Assembly: GCA_963514005.1 (NCBI GenBank)
Contig: OY740785.1
Location: forward strand, 49,538,001-49,602,000
Direction: 5' to 3'
Length of the DNA stretch: 64,000 bases
Origin: Raja brachyura
Lineage: Eukaryota
How positions within the stretch are numbered: position 1 is the stretch's first letter; each line of letters starts with the position of its first letter. Position numbers and translations under genes: made by a program. A model generated the notes under the pieces. That model searched no databases and was not told the origin of the DNA. It was given only the letters and a program-made list of their open reading frames with translations. Shown one piece after another: positions 63,477 to 64,000 of the stretch.

Positions 63477-64000
63477 GTGCGGGCCGATGAAAGGAGCCTC
63501 AGCAGTATATCAGAGCATGAGGACTCCGACCGCCCGAGTGTTCAGGGCGAAGGGCGTATTGACCGTATGGAGCGGCTATTGGAGCTCCTTTTACACAACC
63601 AACGACAGGAGGCATCCATCATCAAAAGGCACAGGGAGGTTTCACCAGTCTCAACAGCCAGCCTGCGGCAGCCAGAGGAGGAGGAATTTGCAGACCCTAC
63701 ACCGGTTCCATCGGAGGTGCCGCCGGAAGAACTCCTTGATGTGGCGGCGAAATTTGCTTCTCCGGAGACCATGGGACTTCCCCTCAACCCCAAACTGGCT
63801 GCCACCGTGGACTTCCTGACCAATCATCAGCTCCAGGAGGAGGTCCTATCAGAGGCCATAAACAGATACAAGGCCCAGCGAACTGCAACTCCCTCAACGT
63901 GCCCATAGTCAATACGCCAATCTGGGGCAACATCAGCCCAAGGATCAGGACCCAGGAGACGAAGCTCCAGCGGATCCTGAAGCTGCACACTGCTGGGATT
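63477..64000 (+). pseudogene. DIRS copy 3 gag-like ORF1 (partial, at least one frameshift)
   Basis: LAATVDFLTNHQLQEE..[shift]NCNSLNVPIVNTPIWGNISPRIRTQETKLQRILKLHTAGI aligns with copy 1 LASTINYMVSHQLQE..NCGLLQVPMVNQVIWAQMGPGMRNQEIKMQRVLRLLGSGI. Confidence 0.85.

Larger units (their letters stand above)
60746..64000 (+). mobile_element. DIRS-type retrotransposon, copy 3, 5' part (runs off the window)
   Basis: Left end atttcattttggagtcacgtgagtaacttcgtgaagaacccgccagcacgcatgcgcgac matches copy 1; gag homology at 63480-64000. Confidence 0.9.

Noticed and set aside
60750-64000. GC-rich region with many ORFs as a host CpG-island promoter or gene
   Set aside because: Starts with a DIRS terminus and ends in DIRS gag; the overlapping ORFs come from high GC and tandem repeats.
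22156-64000. All three DIRS in the same orientation
   Set aside because: Expected by chance one time in four.

Overview
Non-coding, repeat-rich vertebrate DNA, almost certainly from a cartilaginous fish (skate, ray or shark): it carries HE1/V-SINE-type tRNA-derived SINEs, CR1 (HER1-like) LINE 3' fragments, Rex1/Babar-type LINE remnants, Penelope-like elements and Harbinger-type MITEs. I recognise no host protein-coding exon. The main structures are three divergent DIRS-type tyrosine-recombinase retrotransposons on the + strand: two complete (22156-27581, 43952-48904) and one cut by the window end (60746-64000). Highlights from reading the sequence: (1) a ~138-bp non-autonomous retroposon whose 5' end is a minimal HDV/CPEB3-type ribozyme fold (55092-55229, minus strand); (2) a covarying ~240-nt hairpin at the 3' end of both complete DIRS that contains a second copy of the circle junction and could sequester the ICR; (3) a CAG|GTAAG splice donor 132-137 nt from the left end in all three DIRS families; (4) minimal hammerhead cores in Penelope-derived palindromic repeats; (5) a DIRS copy with perfect termini but a scrambled interior, probably assembly error; (6) a DIRS with a ~2.5-kb GC-rich tandem-repeat leader. 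Boundaries of old repeats are approximate, and family names come from motif recognition, not database searches.
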